From: an uncultured candidatus Brocadiaceae bacterium
Lineage (GTDB): Bacteria > Planctomycetota > UBA1135 > UBA2386
NCBI GenBank assembly: GCA_964483245.1
Contig: CAZABP010000016.1
Location: 5,344-69,343 of the forward strand
DNA length: 64,000 bases
Direction: 5' to 3'
Shown here: in pieces, positions 9,245-19,415 of the stretch
Numbering within the stretch: the stretch's first letter is position 1
Layout of the letters: the number at the start of each line of letters is the position of its first letter
Made by a program: the position numbers and the translations under genes
The notes under the pieces: model-generated
Told to the model about the DNA's origin: nothing
The model's input: the letters and a program-made list of their open reading frames with translations, nothing else
Database searches by the model: none

Positions 9245-10743
9245 CAGCGCCCGCCGACCTCGGCGCGGAGCTTCGCGAGCTCCTGCTGGTCGAGCTTGCC
9301 GTCGGCGTTCGCATCGAACCGGCGCAGCAGACTGGCGTACCGCGGCGGCACCTCATCGGCGGTCAGCTCTCCGTCCGCGTTGCGGTCGAGCCGTGCGATC
9401 TGCGCCTGTGCGGCGCGCGCGATGCCGCGCGCGCCGCCGGCGCGCAGCTGCGCACGCAAGGCTTCGTGCAGCTGCGGCAGCTCCGTCTCGTCGGCGGCGA
9501 CGAGCTGCAGCGTGATGCTGCCCATCTCGTCCTCCGACTCGCGCCCCCAGCGCACGCGCTGCGGCGGCACGTGTGGGTTCGCCGGGTTGTCGGCCGAGTT
9601 GTCGTAGTGCAGCTCGGCGTCGAGGCGGGTCCCGGCCGGCAGCGCGACCGGCTGCTCGTAGTGGTAGCGATCCTGCCACGCGAAGTCCCAGCGCGGGATC
9701 TCGAGCAACACCGTTGACGTGCCGTCCGGCAGGACCGCGGTCAGCTGCATGCTCGTGCACAGGTAGTGCGCGTGCCCGCCGACCGACAGGGCTTCGATCG
9801 CGATCGGCAGCGTGAACGAGTCGCGCACGACGTAGTCCCGTTCGCCGGCCGGGATGTCGATCCCGTGCAGCGCGCCGAACACCGGCGGGATCTGCACGGC
9901 GGCGAGCGTGCGCGCCGGCTTCTTCCTGGCGAGATGGATCCCGACCGTCGTCTGCTCCCGTTCGGCCTTGCCGGATGGATGGAAATGCGTCTGCAACACG
10001 AGGTCGGCCCCCTTGGGCAGCGGCAGCGCGAGCTCCTGCGGCCAGAACTGCGGCGTCATGCCGACCGCCCAGCCGCCGAGCTGCCCCCAGCCGGGGCCGG
10101 ACGTGTCGCCGCGGCGGCCGCCGAAACCCATGCCGCGGAAGCCCGGTCTGCCGTCGCGCCCGTCGAGCTCGCGCGCACGTCCGGTCGTGTCGGCGAAATA
10201 AAGCACGTGGTGCACGACGCTGCGCGCGCTCGGCCGCAGCTCGATCGCGCGGATCCACAGCTCCTCGTCGCGCCCGATCGGCAACACGAAGTTGCGGTAG
10301 ATGTCCGGACCGGCGGCCGGGACTTCGAACGCTTCGCGCATCGTCAGGACGAGGTCCGGTTCACCGAGCTGCCAGCCGCTGCCGGACTCCGGCAGCGGCG
10401 GCAGCGCCTCGGCCGGTCCCTCCGGCGTCCCGTTGTCGACCCACGCACGCAGCGTCGCGATCTGCTCGGCACTCAGCCGCCGCTCGTCGACGAAGCGGTG
10501 TTCACCCGCTGCGGCGTGCCACGGTGGCATCAGCCCGCGTTCGGTCACGCGCGCGATCATCCGCGCCTTGCGACGGGCGTCTTCGTAGGTCAGCAGCGGG
10601 AATGGTGCTGCTTCGCCCGGGCGATGGCAGGTCGCACAGTGCTCGAACAGGATCGGGGCGACCTGCTCAGTGAACGTCTGCGCCGGGAGCCATCCACAGA
10701 GCAACGGAGCAGCGAGGAGCCAGCCGGCGGACGGATGCTTCAT
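9244..10743 (-). CDS. secreted c-type heme domain / PHM-DBH-like copper monooxygenase domains / two EF-hand loops
   Basis: Signal peptide, then CATCH heme-c motif. Copper-ligand pattern VVHHVLYF ... LQTHFH ... GGHAHYL ... DEMG. C-terminal DRNADGELTADE and DANADGKLDQQE loops. Confidence 0.75.
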   Translation of the reverse strand: MKHPSAGWLLAAPLLCGWLPAQTFTEQVAPILFEHCATCHRPGEAAPFPLLTYEDARRKARMIARVTERGLMPPWHAAAGEHRFVDERRLSAEQIATLRAWVDNGTPEGPAEALPPLPESGSGWQLGEPDLVLTMREAFEVPAAGPDIYRNFVLPIGRDEELWIRAIELRPSARSVVHHVLYFADTTGRARELDGRDGRPGFRGMGFGGRRGDTSGPGWGQLGGWAVGMTPQFWPQELALPLPKGADLVLQTHFHPSGKAEREQTTVGIHLARKKPARTLAAVQIPPVFGALHGIDIPAGERDYVVRDSFTLPIAIEALSVGGHAHYLCTSMQLTAVLPDGTSTVLLEIPRWDFAWQDRYHYEQPVALPAGTRLDAELHYDNSADNPANPHVPPQRVRWGRESEDEMGSITLQLVAADETELPQLHEALRAQLRAGGARGIARAAQAQIARLDRNADGELTADEVPPRYASLLRRFDANADGKLDQQELAKLRAEVGGR

Positions 10744-10822
10744 GGCTGCGCGATCGTGGCCAGCGGGCGTCCGGGTCCGCCGCAGGCTCCGCGTCGCAAG
10801 TTCGTCACGCCTAGATGCTCGG

Positions 10823-11263
10823 TCAGCGCACCGTCAGCACCGGACAGGACGCCTCCCGCACGACCCGCTCGGCTGTGCTGCCGAGCAGGAAGTGCTTGAT
10901 CCCGGTGTGCCCGTGCGTCGCCATGACGATCAGGTCCGGCTTGCGTTGCTTCGCCAGTTCGAGCAGCTCGTGGAACGGCACGCCCTCGCGCAGGATCGTC
11001 TCGACGGCGACGCCGGCCGGGATCTTCTCGCGCGCGACCTGGGCGAGCTTCTCCTGCGCCCAGTTGCGCGTGCGCTCCTGGATCTCGAGCACGGCGACCG
11101 TGGCGACCTCAGCCGCCATCGTCGACAAGTACGGCGGCGGATCGACGATGTGCGCGAGCAGGATCTTGCCGCCGCCGGCCTTTGCGAGCTCGACCGCCTT
11201 GGCCAGCGCGGCCTCCGACGGAGGCGAGAAATCGGTCGGGACCAGGATCGTGGCGAAGTTCAT
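10823..11263 (-). CDS. universal stress protein (UspA family)
   Basis: MNFATILVPTDFS ... DLIVMATHGHTGIKHFLLGSTAERVVREASCPVLTV. Start moved to ATG 11263. Confidence 0.85.
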   Translation of the reverse strand: MNFATILVPTDFSPPSEAALAKAVELAKAGGGKILLAHIVDPPPYLSTMAAEVATVAVLEIQERTRNWAQEKLAQVAREKIPAGVAVETILREGVPFHELLELAKQRKPDLIVMATHGHTGIKHFLLGSTAERVVREASCPVLTVR

Positions 11264-11367
11264 GGACGGCCTCGAAACATAGGGCGGCGCGCACAGCCGC
11301 GACAGGCGCCCGCCCAGCCACGGCAATTCCAGCCGCCAGCGACAATTGCAGCAGCCTGGAGGTGCTC

Positions 11368-12465
11368 GTGCTCCGTCTCTGCTGGAACCGGATCCGCCGC
11401 TGGTCGGCGGCGCTCGCCGGGATCGCGGCGATCCTGCTGCTGCTGGCCTGGCTGATGGGCATGTTCCACACGCCGCCGCCGGGTGGACCCGGGTTCGTCA
11501 CACGCAAGGCGCCGGCCGGCGCGGCGGTGCACACGGTGCGCATGACCGAGCAGCCGCAGTTCGAGGCTGCGGTCGGCACCGTGCGGCCGGTCCTGGAGAC
11601 CCAGGTCTCGTCGCGAGTGCTCGCGCGAATCGAAACGATGCATGCGACGCGCGCCGGACAACCGGTCCGGGCCGGCGATCTGCTGGTCGAGCTCGAAGAC
11701 GAGGATCTGCAAGCGGCACTGGCGCAGGCCAAGGCGGCGCTGCAGGCAGCCGAGAGCACGGCAGCGCGCGCCGACGCGGACCTGCGGCGCACGCGCGAGC
11801 TGTTCCAGAGCGGAGTCGCCGCGCAGGACCGGCTCGATCGGGACGTCGCCGCGCTGCGCGGTGCCGAAGCGGAAGTGCGCCGTGCGCAGCAGATCGTCGC
11901 GGCGGCCGAAACCGCCCTCTCGTTCGCGACGATCCGCGCGCCGATCGACGGCATCGTCATCGACAAGCACGCCAACACCGGGGACCTCGCGCAGCCGGGG
12001 CAGGTCCTGGTGACGCTGTACGACCCGACGCGGCTGCAGTTGATCGCGGTCGTCCGCGAAGAGCTCGCGCTCCGCCTGCGGGTCGGGAGCGAAGTCGACG
12101 TCGAGATCGCAGCGATCGACAAGAGCTGCGTCGGGACTGTCGACCAGATCGTGCCGCAGGCCGAGACGCGCACCCGGTCGTTCGAAGTCAAGGTCGTCGG
12201 GCCATGTGCTCCGGGTGTCATGTCCGGCATGTTCGGGCGCCTGCGGGTCCCGGTCGGCACACGCCGCGAGATCTGGATTCCGGCGCCGGCGGTGCGCAGC
12301 GTCGGGCAGCTCGACTTCGTCACCGCCGTGCTGCCAGATGGTGCCCTGCAACGCAGGCTGATCCGTACCGGACGGCGCGGTGTGGATCAGCAGATCGAGG
12401 TGCTCGCGGGCTTGGCGCCGGGCGAATCGATCCTCGCCGACGCCGGCGCCGGTGAGCCGCGATGA
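11368..12465 (+). CDS. efflux RND periplasmic adaptor (membrane fusion protein, HlyD-like)
   Basis: TM anchor, coiled-coil region, and lipoyl/beta-barrel motifs (IRAPIDGIVIDKHANTGD). Proposed GTG start at 11368 lies 5 nt after GGAGG. The long N-terminal extension in the ORF track is Arg-rich. Confidence 0.8.
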   Translation: MLRLCWNRIRRWSAALAGIAAILLLLAWLMGMFHTPPPGGPGFVTRKAPAGAAVHTVRMTEQPQFEAAVGTVRPVLETQVSSRVLARIETMHATRAGQPVRAGDLLVELEDEDLQAALAQAKAALQAAESTAARADADLRRTRELFQSGVAAQDRLDRDVAALRGAEAEVRRAQQIVAAAETALSFATIRAPIDGIVIDKHANTGDLAQPGQVLVTLYDPTRLQLIAVVREELALRLRVGSEVDVEIAAIDKSCVGTVDQIVPQAETRTRSFEVKVVGPCAPGVMSGMFGRLRVPVGTRREIWIPAPAVRSVGQLDFVTAVLPDGALQRRLIRTGRRGVDQQIEVLAGLAPGESILADAGAGEPR

Positions 12466-15400
12466 AGCTGGACGGCGGCGGGCTGATCGGCCGGATCGTC
12501 GCGGCGTTCCTGACCGGGAACCTCGCGCCGCTGCTGCTGCTGCTCTCCGTCGCGTGCGGGTTCGCAGCCCTGGCCGGCACGCCGCGCGAGGAGGAGCCGC
12601 AGATCGTCGTGCCGGCGGCCGACGTCGTCGTGCGAGTTCCCGGGGCGTCTGCGCTGGAGGTCGAACGTCAGGTTGCCACGAAACTCGAGAAGCTGCTGCT
12701 GCAGATCGACGGCGTCGAGCACGTGTATTCGGCGAGCCGGGCGGGGGGAGCCGTCGTCACGGTCCGCTTCTTCGTCGGCGAGGACCGCGAGGACAGCCTG
12801 GTCAAGCTGCAGACCAAGCTGGCGATGCACGCCGACGAGATCCCGCCACAGGTCGTGGACTGGGTCGTCGAGCCGATCTCGATCGACGACGTCCCCATCG
12901 TCGCCGTGACGCTGCACTCGGAGCGGCTGGACGACCATGCGCTGCGCCGCGTTGCCGAAGAGATCGAAGCTCATCTGCAGCAGGTGCCGGACAGCGGGCG
13001 CACGACGATCCTCGGCGGCCGGCCGCGCCGCATCGAGGTGAGGTTCGAACCCGCGTCGCTCGCCGCTCGCGGCATCGGCGTCGCGCAGCTCGCCGCGGCG
13101 CTGCGCGCGGCGACGACGACGGCGATCGCCGGCACCGGCGAATGGCTCGACCGCAGCTGGCTCGTCGAACCGGGTGCGGTCGGTACCGATCTCGCGACGC
13201 TGGGTGCGTTGGTGGTCGGCGGCGAGCAGGGCCGCCCGGTGCACCTGCGCGACGTCGCGACGCTGCACGACGGGGCGGCCGATCGGACCGCGTGGGTGAC
13301 GTTTGCCAGCGGCGATGCGCCGCCGCGCCCGGCCGTGACCCTGGCGATCGCGAAACGCAAGGGTGCGGATGCGGTCGCCGTGGCACGGTCGGTGCGCGCA
13401 CGGCTCGCCGAGCTGCGCGAGCAGATCCTGCCGGATGGCGTCGAGTGGTCGATCACGCGCGATCAGGGCCGCACGGCGGACGCGAAGGTCGATGAGCTGC
13501 TCGAGGGGCTGTGGGTGGCGGTCGCGATCGTCGTGTTGTTGATCGCGATGATGCTCGGCTGGCGCGAAGGTCTCGTGGTCGCTTCGGCGGTCCCGATCAC
13601 GTTTGCGTTGACGCTGTTCGTGAACTGGCTCGCCGGCTACACGATCAACCGGGTCACGTTGTTTGCGTTGATCCTGGCGCTGGGCCTCGTCGTCGATGAC
13701 CCGATCGTCGACGTCGAGAACATCCACCGTCATCTGCGCCGCGGGACGCGGGATCCGCTGCGCGCCGTATTCGACGCGGTCAACGAGGTGCGGCCACCGG
13801 TGATCCTGGCGACGCTGGCAGTCATCGTCAGCTTCGTCCCGCTGTTCTTCATCACCGGGATGATGGGTCCGTACATGCGCCCGATGGCGTTGAACGTGCC
13901 GCTGGCGATGCTGATGAGCATGCTGGTCGCGTTCACGCTGACGCCGTGGATGTCGTACCGGCTGTTCGCGCGGCGTGCCGTCATCGCCCACGGCGCCGAT
14001 CCGGAAGCGGCGGCGCCGCTCGTGCGCCGGATCTACGGTGCCGTATTGATGCCGCTGCTGCGCTCGCGGCGGTGGCGGTGGTCGACCTATGCCGTGACCG
14101 GAGCCTTGTTCGCGGGTGCCCTGGGGCTCGGAGTCGCACGCGACGTGCCGTTCAAGATGCTCCCGTACGACGACAAGGACGAGCTGCAGGTGCTGATCGA
14201 CCTGCCGGAGGGCGCGAGTCTGGAGCGAACCGCTGCCGTCGCCGGAGCACTCGCGCAGCGGGCGCGCGGGCTTCCGGACGTGGTCGACGTCACGTCGTAT
14301 GCCGGCGTCCCGTCGCCACTCGACTTCAACGGCATCGTGCGGAAGTACGACCTGCGGCACGGCCCGCACCTGGCCGATCTGCGCATCAACCTGCGTTCGA
14401 AGCACGACCGGACGCTGCAGAGCCACGAGATCGCGCTGCAACTGCGGGCCGAGCTGGCGCCGCTCGCGGCGGACTCCGGCGCGGTGCTGCAGATCGTGGA
14501 AACGCCTCCAGGGCCGCCGGTGCTCGCGACGATCGTTGCCGAGCTGCGCGGACCGCCGCAGGCGACACCGGGCGAGCTCGCGGCGGCGGCGCAGCTCGTG
14601 GCCCAGCGGCTCGCCCGCGAGCCGGGGGTCGCCGACGTCGATACGACCGTGGAGCTGGCGCGTCCCGAGCTGCGCTTCGAGCTCGACCACGAGAAGGGTG
14701 CGCTGCACGGCATCACGGCTGCTGCCGTGAGTGAGCTGTTGCGTGCAGCGGTCGGAGGCGATCGTGTCGCCGTCCTGCACGAGCCTCGCGACGTCGAGCC
14801 CTTGCAGGTCGAACTCCGGCTCGCGCCATGGCAGCGCGCGGCGCCAGCCGAGCTGGCGCGCCTGCCGTTGCCGGCGATCGACGGTGGTGTCGTGGCACTG
14901 GGAGAGATCGGGCGCTTCGTCGAGGCCGAGCAGCCGGGCGTGATCCTGCGCAAGGATCTCGAGCGCGTGCAGTTCATCACTGCCGAGGCGAACGGGCGCG
15001 CGCCGGCCGAGATCATCCTCGACCTGCAGCAAGATGAGCTGCCCGCCGGGAGCGAGGTTCCGGCGCCGCGGCCGCGGCCGGTCGGCGAACGCAGCTATCT
15101 GCGGCGCGGCGGCGGCGTGCCATGGTCGCTCCCGGCCGGATTCCGCGTCGACTGGCGCGGCGAAGGGGAGTGGAAGATCACGCTGGACGCATTCCGGGAT
15201 CTCGGGCTCGCCTTCCTCGCTGCCTGTTTCGGGATCTACGTGCTGCTGGTGCACGAGACGCGCAGCTACCGCATCCCGCTCGTACTGATGCTGTCGATCC
15301 CGTTCACGATGCTCGGCATCCTGCCGGGATTCTGGCTGCTCGGACGGATGTTCGATCGACCCGTGGCGGGGATCGGGACGCCGGTGTTCTTCACGGCGAC

Positions 15401-15713
15401 CGCGATGATCGGCATGATCGCGCTGGCTGGGATCGCCGTGCGCAACGCCATCCTGCTGATCGATTTCATCGCCGCCGCGCGCCGTCGTGGGGCGGCGCTC
15501 GAGGATGCGATCCTCGACAGCGGGGCCGTCCGGCTGCGGCCGATCGTGTTGACCGCAGGTACGGCGATGCTGGCTGCGATCCCGATCACGCTGGATCCGA
15601 TCTTCTCGGGGCTCGCCTGGGCGCTGATCTTCGGACTCCTCGTGTCGAGTCTGTTCACGCTCGTGCTCGTGCCGGTCGTCTACCGCGGACTCGCGCAACG
15701 GCTGGCTGCGTGA
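12462..15713 (+). CDS. efflux RND transporter permease (AcrB/CzcA superfamily)
   Basis: 1083 aa with a 12-TM plus two large periplasmic loops layout. ATGA overlap with the adaptor gene. Confidence 0.9.
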   Translation: MKLDGGGLIGRIVAAFLTGNLAPLLLLLSVACGFAALAGTPREEEPQIVVPAADVVVRVPGASALEVERQVATKLEKLLLQIDGVEHVYSASRAGGAVVTVRFFVGEDREDSLVKLQTKLAMHADEIPPQVVDWVVEPISIDDVPIVAVTLHSERLDDHALRRVAEEIEAHLQQVPDSGRTTILGGRPRRIEVRFEPASLAARGIGVAQLAAALRAATTTAIAGTGEWLDRSWLVEPGAVGTDLATLGALVVGGEQGRPVHLRDVATLHDGAADRTAWVTFASGDAPPRPAVTLAIAKRKGADAVAVARSVRARLAELREQILPDGVEWSITRDQGRTADAKVDELLEGLWVAVAIVVLLIAMMLGWREGLVVASAVPITFALTLFVNWLAGYTINRVTLFALILALGLVVDDPIVDVENIHRHLRRGTRDPLRAVFDAVNEVRPPVILATLAVIVSFVPLFFITGMMGPYMRPMALNVPLAMLMSMLVAFTLTPWMSYRLFARRAVIAHGADPEAAAPLVRRIYGAVLMPLLRSRRWRWSTYAVTGALFAGALGLGVARDVPFKMLPYDDKDELQVLIDLPEGASLERTAAVAGALAQRARGLPDVVDVTSYAGVPSPLDFNGIVRKYDLRHGPHLADLRINLRSKHDRTLQSHEIALQLRAELAPLAADSGAVLQIVETPPGPPVLATIVAELRGPPQATPGELAAAAQLVAQRLAREPGVADVDTTVELARPELRFELDHEKGALHGITAAAVSELLRAAVGGDRVAVLHEPRDVEPLQVELRLAPWQRAAPAELARLPLPAIDGGVVALGEIGRFVEAEQPGVILRKDLERVQFITAEANGRAPAEIILDLQQDELPAGSEVPAPRPRPVGERSYLRRGGGVPWSLPAGFRVDWRGEGEWKITLDAFRDLGLAFLAACFGIYVLLVHETRSYRIPLVLMLSIPFTMLGILPGFWLLGRMFDRPVAGIGTPVFFTATAMIGMIALAGIAVRNAILLIDFIAAARRRGAALEDAILDSGAVRLRPIVLTAGTAMLAAIPITLDPIFSGLAWALIFGLLVSSLFTLVLVPVVYRGLAQRLAA

Positions 15714-17113
15714 CGCGGCTCGCGCTGGCGCTGCTGATCCTGCTGCCGCTGGCCGTCCGGGTGTGGAACCTCGATGCGCCGCTGACCGAGCGGCACCAGT
15801 TCCGCCAGAGCCAGACCGCGTTGACGGTGTGGACGTTCCAGCAGCAGGGGATCGACCTGCTCGCTTACGAGACCCCGCTGTTCGGACCGCCGTGGCAGGT
15901 GCCGATGGAGTTTCCGCTGTTCCAGGCGGGCGCGGCCCTGCTCGGTGCGCTCGGGCTGTCGCTGGAGATGGCGTGCCGTGTGGCCGGGCTGCTCGCGTTC
16001 CTGCTCGCGCTGGCAGGTCTCGGTCTCGTGCTGCGCGCATGGAGCGCGACGACGGCGCAGCGGAATGCCGCGCTGCTCGCGCTGTGGGCGATGCCGCTCG
16101 CGATCGTCTGGAGCCGCGCCTGCACGATCGAGTACCTCGCCGCGGCGGCGGCGCTCGGCCAGCTCGCGGTCCTGCTCGCACTCGCGCGTGGGGAGCGGCG
16201 CACCTGGGTGTTGGCCGCCGGCGTGCTCAGCGGCGCGGTCGCCGGGCTCGTCAAGGTCACGACGTTGGTGCCGTATCTCGCCGTCGCTGCGGTCGACCTC
16301 GGGCTGCGCGCGCGCAGCGGAACGCGCATGCCGTGGCTGCGCATCGCGACCGTCGTCGTCGTGCCGGTCGCGGTGGCGCTGCTGTGGACCGCACATGCCG
16401 ACGCGATCAAGGCCGCATCGCCGCAGACCTCCTGGCTCACGTCGACAGCGTTGACGGAGTGGAACCTCGGCACGCTCGCGCAGCGGTTCGACCCGGAGGT
16501 CTGGTGGACGTTGCTGCGGCGGTTCGGCGCGCAGGTGCTGCCGTTCGTGTGGATCCTTCCGGTGTTGGCGTGCGCGCCGCGCGTCGTCGCGCCGCTCGCC
16601 GGGATCCTCGCGGCGTGGCTCGTGCTGACGAACCTGTACGCGACGCACGACTACTACGCCGCCGCGATCACGCCGCTCGCAGCCCTCGCGCTCGGACTCT
16701 CGTGGCCCGGCTGGTGGAGCCGCCTCGCGCCGCGCACGCGCCCATGGATCGTGCTGCTGCTGGTGCTGTCGACGCTCGGCGGCTGGCGCTACGTGCGCAG
16801 CTCGTTGCGCGCAGATCCGGGCGCCGCCTGGCGGCTCGGCCGGATCGCGGCGGAGCACGCACAGCTCGACGACTGGATCCTGGTGCGCGGCTTCGACTGG
16901 GATCCGACGGTGCTGTACGCGGCGCGACGGCGCGGCGTGCTGCTGCGCGAGAACGTCGCCGCGGTGCTGGCTGCCGAGGGCTGGCAGCTCGCGCGCGATC
17001 CGCGTGCACGCGTGCTGGTCACGACGGATCCGGAGGACCCACTGCTCGCGCTGCACGAGGGCGCCCGCCGCGTCGCGACCGACGGCACCGCCACGGTCTG
17101 GGTGCTGCGGTAG
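15710..17113 (+). CDS. polytopic membrane protein, GT-C/ArnT-PMT_2-like putative glycosyltransferase
   Basis: GTG start at 15710 overlaps the RND stop (GTGA). N-terminus LLILLPLAVRVWNLDAP is typical of ArnT-like proteins. More than 10 hydrophobic helices. Confidence 0.6.
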   Translation: MTRLALALLILLPLAVRVWNLDAPLTERHQFRQSQTALTVWTFQQQGIDLLAYETPLFGPPWQVPMEFPLFQAGAALLGALGLSLEMACRVAGLLAFLLALAGLGLVLRAWSATTAQRNAALLALWAMPLAIVWSRACTIEYLAAAAALGQLAVLLALARGERRTWVLAAGVLSGAVAGLVKVTTLVPYLAVAAVDLGLRARSGTRMPWLRIATVVVVPVAVALLWTAHADAIKAASPQTSWLTSTALTEWNLGTLAQRFDPEVWWTLLRRFGAQVLPFVWILPVLACAPRVVAPLAGILAAWLVLTNLYATHDYYAAAITPLAALALGLSWPGWWSRLAPRTRPWIVLLLVLSTLGGWRYVRSSLRADPGAAWRLGRIAAEHAQLDDWILVRGFDWDPTVLYAARRRGVLLRENVAAVLAAEGWQLARDPRARVLVTTDPEDPLLALHEGARRVATDGTATVWVLR

Positions 17114-17144
17114 AAACCGCGCGGCCCGTCCCGATACTCGGCGC

Positions 17145-18500
17145 ATGCTCGGCTCCGGTGGCAGCCCGCTCGCGATGGCGGTGCTCGGCGCGGTCATGGT
17201 CGTGACCTACGTCGCGATCGGGACCGGCAGGCTGCACAAGCTGACCGCGGCGCTGGCCGGTGCGCTCTCGTGCGTCGCGCTCGGGCTCGCGCTCGGTGTG
17301 CTGCCGAGCTACGGGATCGTGCACGAGCTGCTGCAGCGCGACCTCGGCGTGCTCGGTGTACTGGTGGGAACCTCGGTGCTGGTCGACATCGCCGGCAAGT
17401 CCGGTCTGTTCCAGTTCCTCGCGATCCGGATCGCGAAGCTGGCGGGCGGCGACCCACGCGCGCTGTTCGCCGCGATCGTCGGCCTGACCCTGGTGTTCGT
17501 CGCGTTCCTGACGATCGCGCCCGGGACGCTGATCGTCGTCTCGCTGGCGCTGGTGCTGTGCCGCACGCTCGAGCTGGACCCGAAGCCGTATCTGTTCGGG
17601 ATCGCGCTGGCTGCCAACTCCGGCGCGCTGTTCACGTTCGCATCCGGGATCTGCACGCTGATGATCGGCACGGCGGCCGGGATCCCGTACCTGCAGTTCC
17701 TGATGGTGTCCGCGCCGCTCGCGCTGGCGACCGGCGCGATTGCGTTCTTCGTCGTGCGGCGCGTGATGCGCCAGGAGCTCGCCGGCGGCGCGTTGAACGC
17801 GGAGCAGCGGCGCGCGCGGCTCGCGGAGTTCGACGAGTGGGCCGTCGTCAGCGACCGCGCCGTGTTCCGCCGCTGTGCCTGGATCCTCGGCGGGACGATC
17901 GTCGGGTTCGCGGTCGCGCGGCTGGTCGGCGTCGGGCTCGACTACGTCGCGCTCGCAGGGGGCACTGCGGCGCTGCTGTTCTCCGGCTTCGACGCCGAGG
18001 AGGCGGTCAAGAAGGTCAACTGGACCGTGATCCTGTTCTTCGTCGCGCTGTTCGTGATGATCGGCGTCGTCGAGGAGAGCGGTCTGCTCGGCGCATTTGC
18101 GTCCCGCCTGTCGGATTGGTCGGGTGGCAGCACACACCTTGCTCTGGTGTTGCTCGTGCCGTTCGTCGCTGTGACCAGCGGTGTCATGGACAACATCCCG
18201 GTCGCGGCAACGATGATCCCGGTCGTCAAGGGACTCATCGCCAGCGGGCTGCCGGCGGAGCCGCTGTGGTGGGGGCTCGTGTTCAGCGCGAACCTCGGCG
18301 GCAACGGCACGCCGATCGGCAGCATCGCCGGCGTGTTGGCGCTGCACGCGCTCGCAGAGACCACCGGAAAGAAGGTCGGCTGGGGTGAGTTCCTGAAGCT
18401 CGGCGGGCTCGTGCTGCTTCTGCAGCTCGTGCTCACGATGGGCTATCTGCACGTGATGACCACGATCGGCGGGTTCCCCGACCTGCCGCGCACGCCATGA
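17145..18500 (+). CDS. anion/citrate-type permease (ArsB/NhaD/CitMHS superfamily)
   Basis: About 12 TM helices. Start moved to ATG 17145 (MLGSGGSPLAMAVLG). Confidence 0.7.
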   Translation: MLGSGGSPLAMAVLGAVMVVTYVAIGTGRLHKLTAALAGALSCVALGLALGVLPSYGIVHELLQRDLGVLGVLVGTSVLVDIAGKSGLFQFLAIRIAKLAGGDPRALFAAIVGLTLVFVAFLTIAPGTLIVVSLALVLCRTLELDPKPYLFGIALAANSGALFTFASGICTLMIGTAAGIPYLQFLMVSAPLALATGAIAFFVVRRVMRQELAGGALNAEQRRARLAEFDEWAVVSDRAVFRRCAWILGGTIVGFAVARLVGVGLDYVALAGGTAALLFSGFDAEEAVKKVNWTVILFFVALFVMIGVVEESGLLGAFASRLSDWSGGSTHLALVLLVPFVAVTSGVMDNIPVAATMIPVVKGLIASGLPAEPLWWGLVFSANLGGNGTPIGSIAGVLALHALAETTGKKVGWGEFLKLGGLVLLLQLVLTMGYLHVMTTIGGFPDLPRTP

Positions 18501-19318
18501 CCGATCCGGAGCTGGAACGCCAGATGGCGCAGTTCGAAGCGGCGCGCGTCGCGCACGCGGTGGAGCTCAGCGTCGCGCCGCTGCGGCGGATCCTCGTCGT
18601 GCGCGACGGGTCCGACCAGGATGCGACGGCGCAAGCGCTGGCGGCGGCCGCGGCACGTGGCGAGGCAGAGGTCGTGACGCGTGAGTTCGCGGCTGCAGAG
18701 CCGCATGCCGAGATCCTGACCGCGGCGCAGGGGTTCGACCTGCTGGTCGTGCCGTGCCCGTTCCGCGCGGACTACACGCAAGTGGGGCAGGACACTCTGT
18801 CGACAACGCTCGATCTCGTGCTGGCGCGCGGCGCGCAACCGGTCCTGCTCGCGCGCGGGCCGGTTGTTGATGCGATCTCCTGCCTGCGCGCCCCGCTCGT
18901 GCTGCTCGACGTCGAACGGCGGCGCAAGGTGGAGGCGGTCTCGTTGGCGCTGGCGCTCGCGCGCGGCGGCGGCGAGGTGGCGCTGCTGTCGGTCGTGGAT
19001 CCGCACGTGGCGGTCCGCGAGGAGGAGCTGCTCGGGCGGTTCCTGGACCCGGGGGATCTGTCGCCGGAGCGGCTCGAAGGTCTCGCGACGGCGCGCGCGG
19101 CGGCGGTGACCGCCTCGCTCCAGCGGCACGCCGACGAACTGCAGGTGACTCCGCGCGTCAAGTTCCGGATCGGCGACCCGATCGAGCTGGCGCTGGAGGT
19201 CGGGAACCCCCGCGGCGGCGTGTTGGTGGCCGGGCTGTGCCGGGCGCATGGGGATCCGGGGTTCGCCCAGGCCCGGGAGCTCGTGCTGCGCAGCGCGCTC
19301 CCGGTCGCGCTGGTCTGA
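18497..19318 (+). CDS. tandem universal-stress-protein-like domain protein
   Basis: Two USP-like halves (RILVVRDGSDQD..., PLVLLDVERRRK...). ATGA overlap with the permease gene. Confidence 0.6.
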   Translation: MTDPELERQMAQFEAARVAHAVELSVAPLRRILVVRDGSDQDATAQALAAAAARGEAEVVTREFAAAEPHAEILTAAQGFDLLVVPCPFRADYTQVGQDTLSTTLDLVLARGAQPVLLARGPVVDAISCLRAPLVLLDVERRRKVEAVSLALALARGGGEVALLSVVDPHVAVREEELLGRFLDPGDLSPERLEGLATARAAAVTASLQRHADELQVTPRVKFRIGDPIELALEVGNPRGGVLVAGLCRAHGDPGFAQARELVLRSALPVALV

Positions 19319-19415
19319 TTTCCGGCCGGGGCGCGACAGATCCGGGGGGCGGTGCCGTCTGTAGGGCAGCCCGGCGGGAGCCGGGTGACGACCAACCCGA
19401 GAGAGAGCGAGAGAG

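Noticed and set aside
12387-16181. 1264-aa ORF on the minus strand opposite the RND transporter
   Set aside because: The composition is extremely Arg/Pro/Ala/Gly-rich with no recognisable motifs. It lies exactly antisense to a well-supported AcrB-type gene. This is a classic high-GC shadow ORF.
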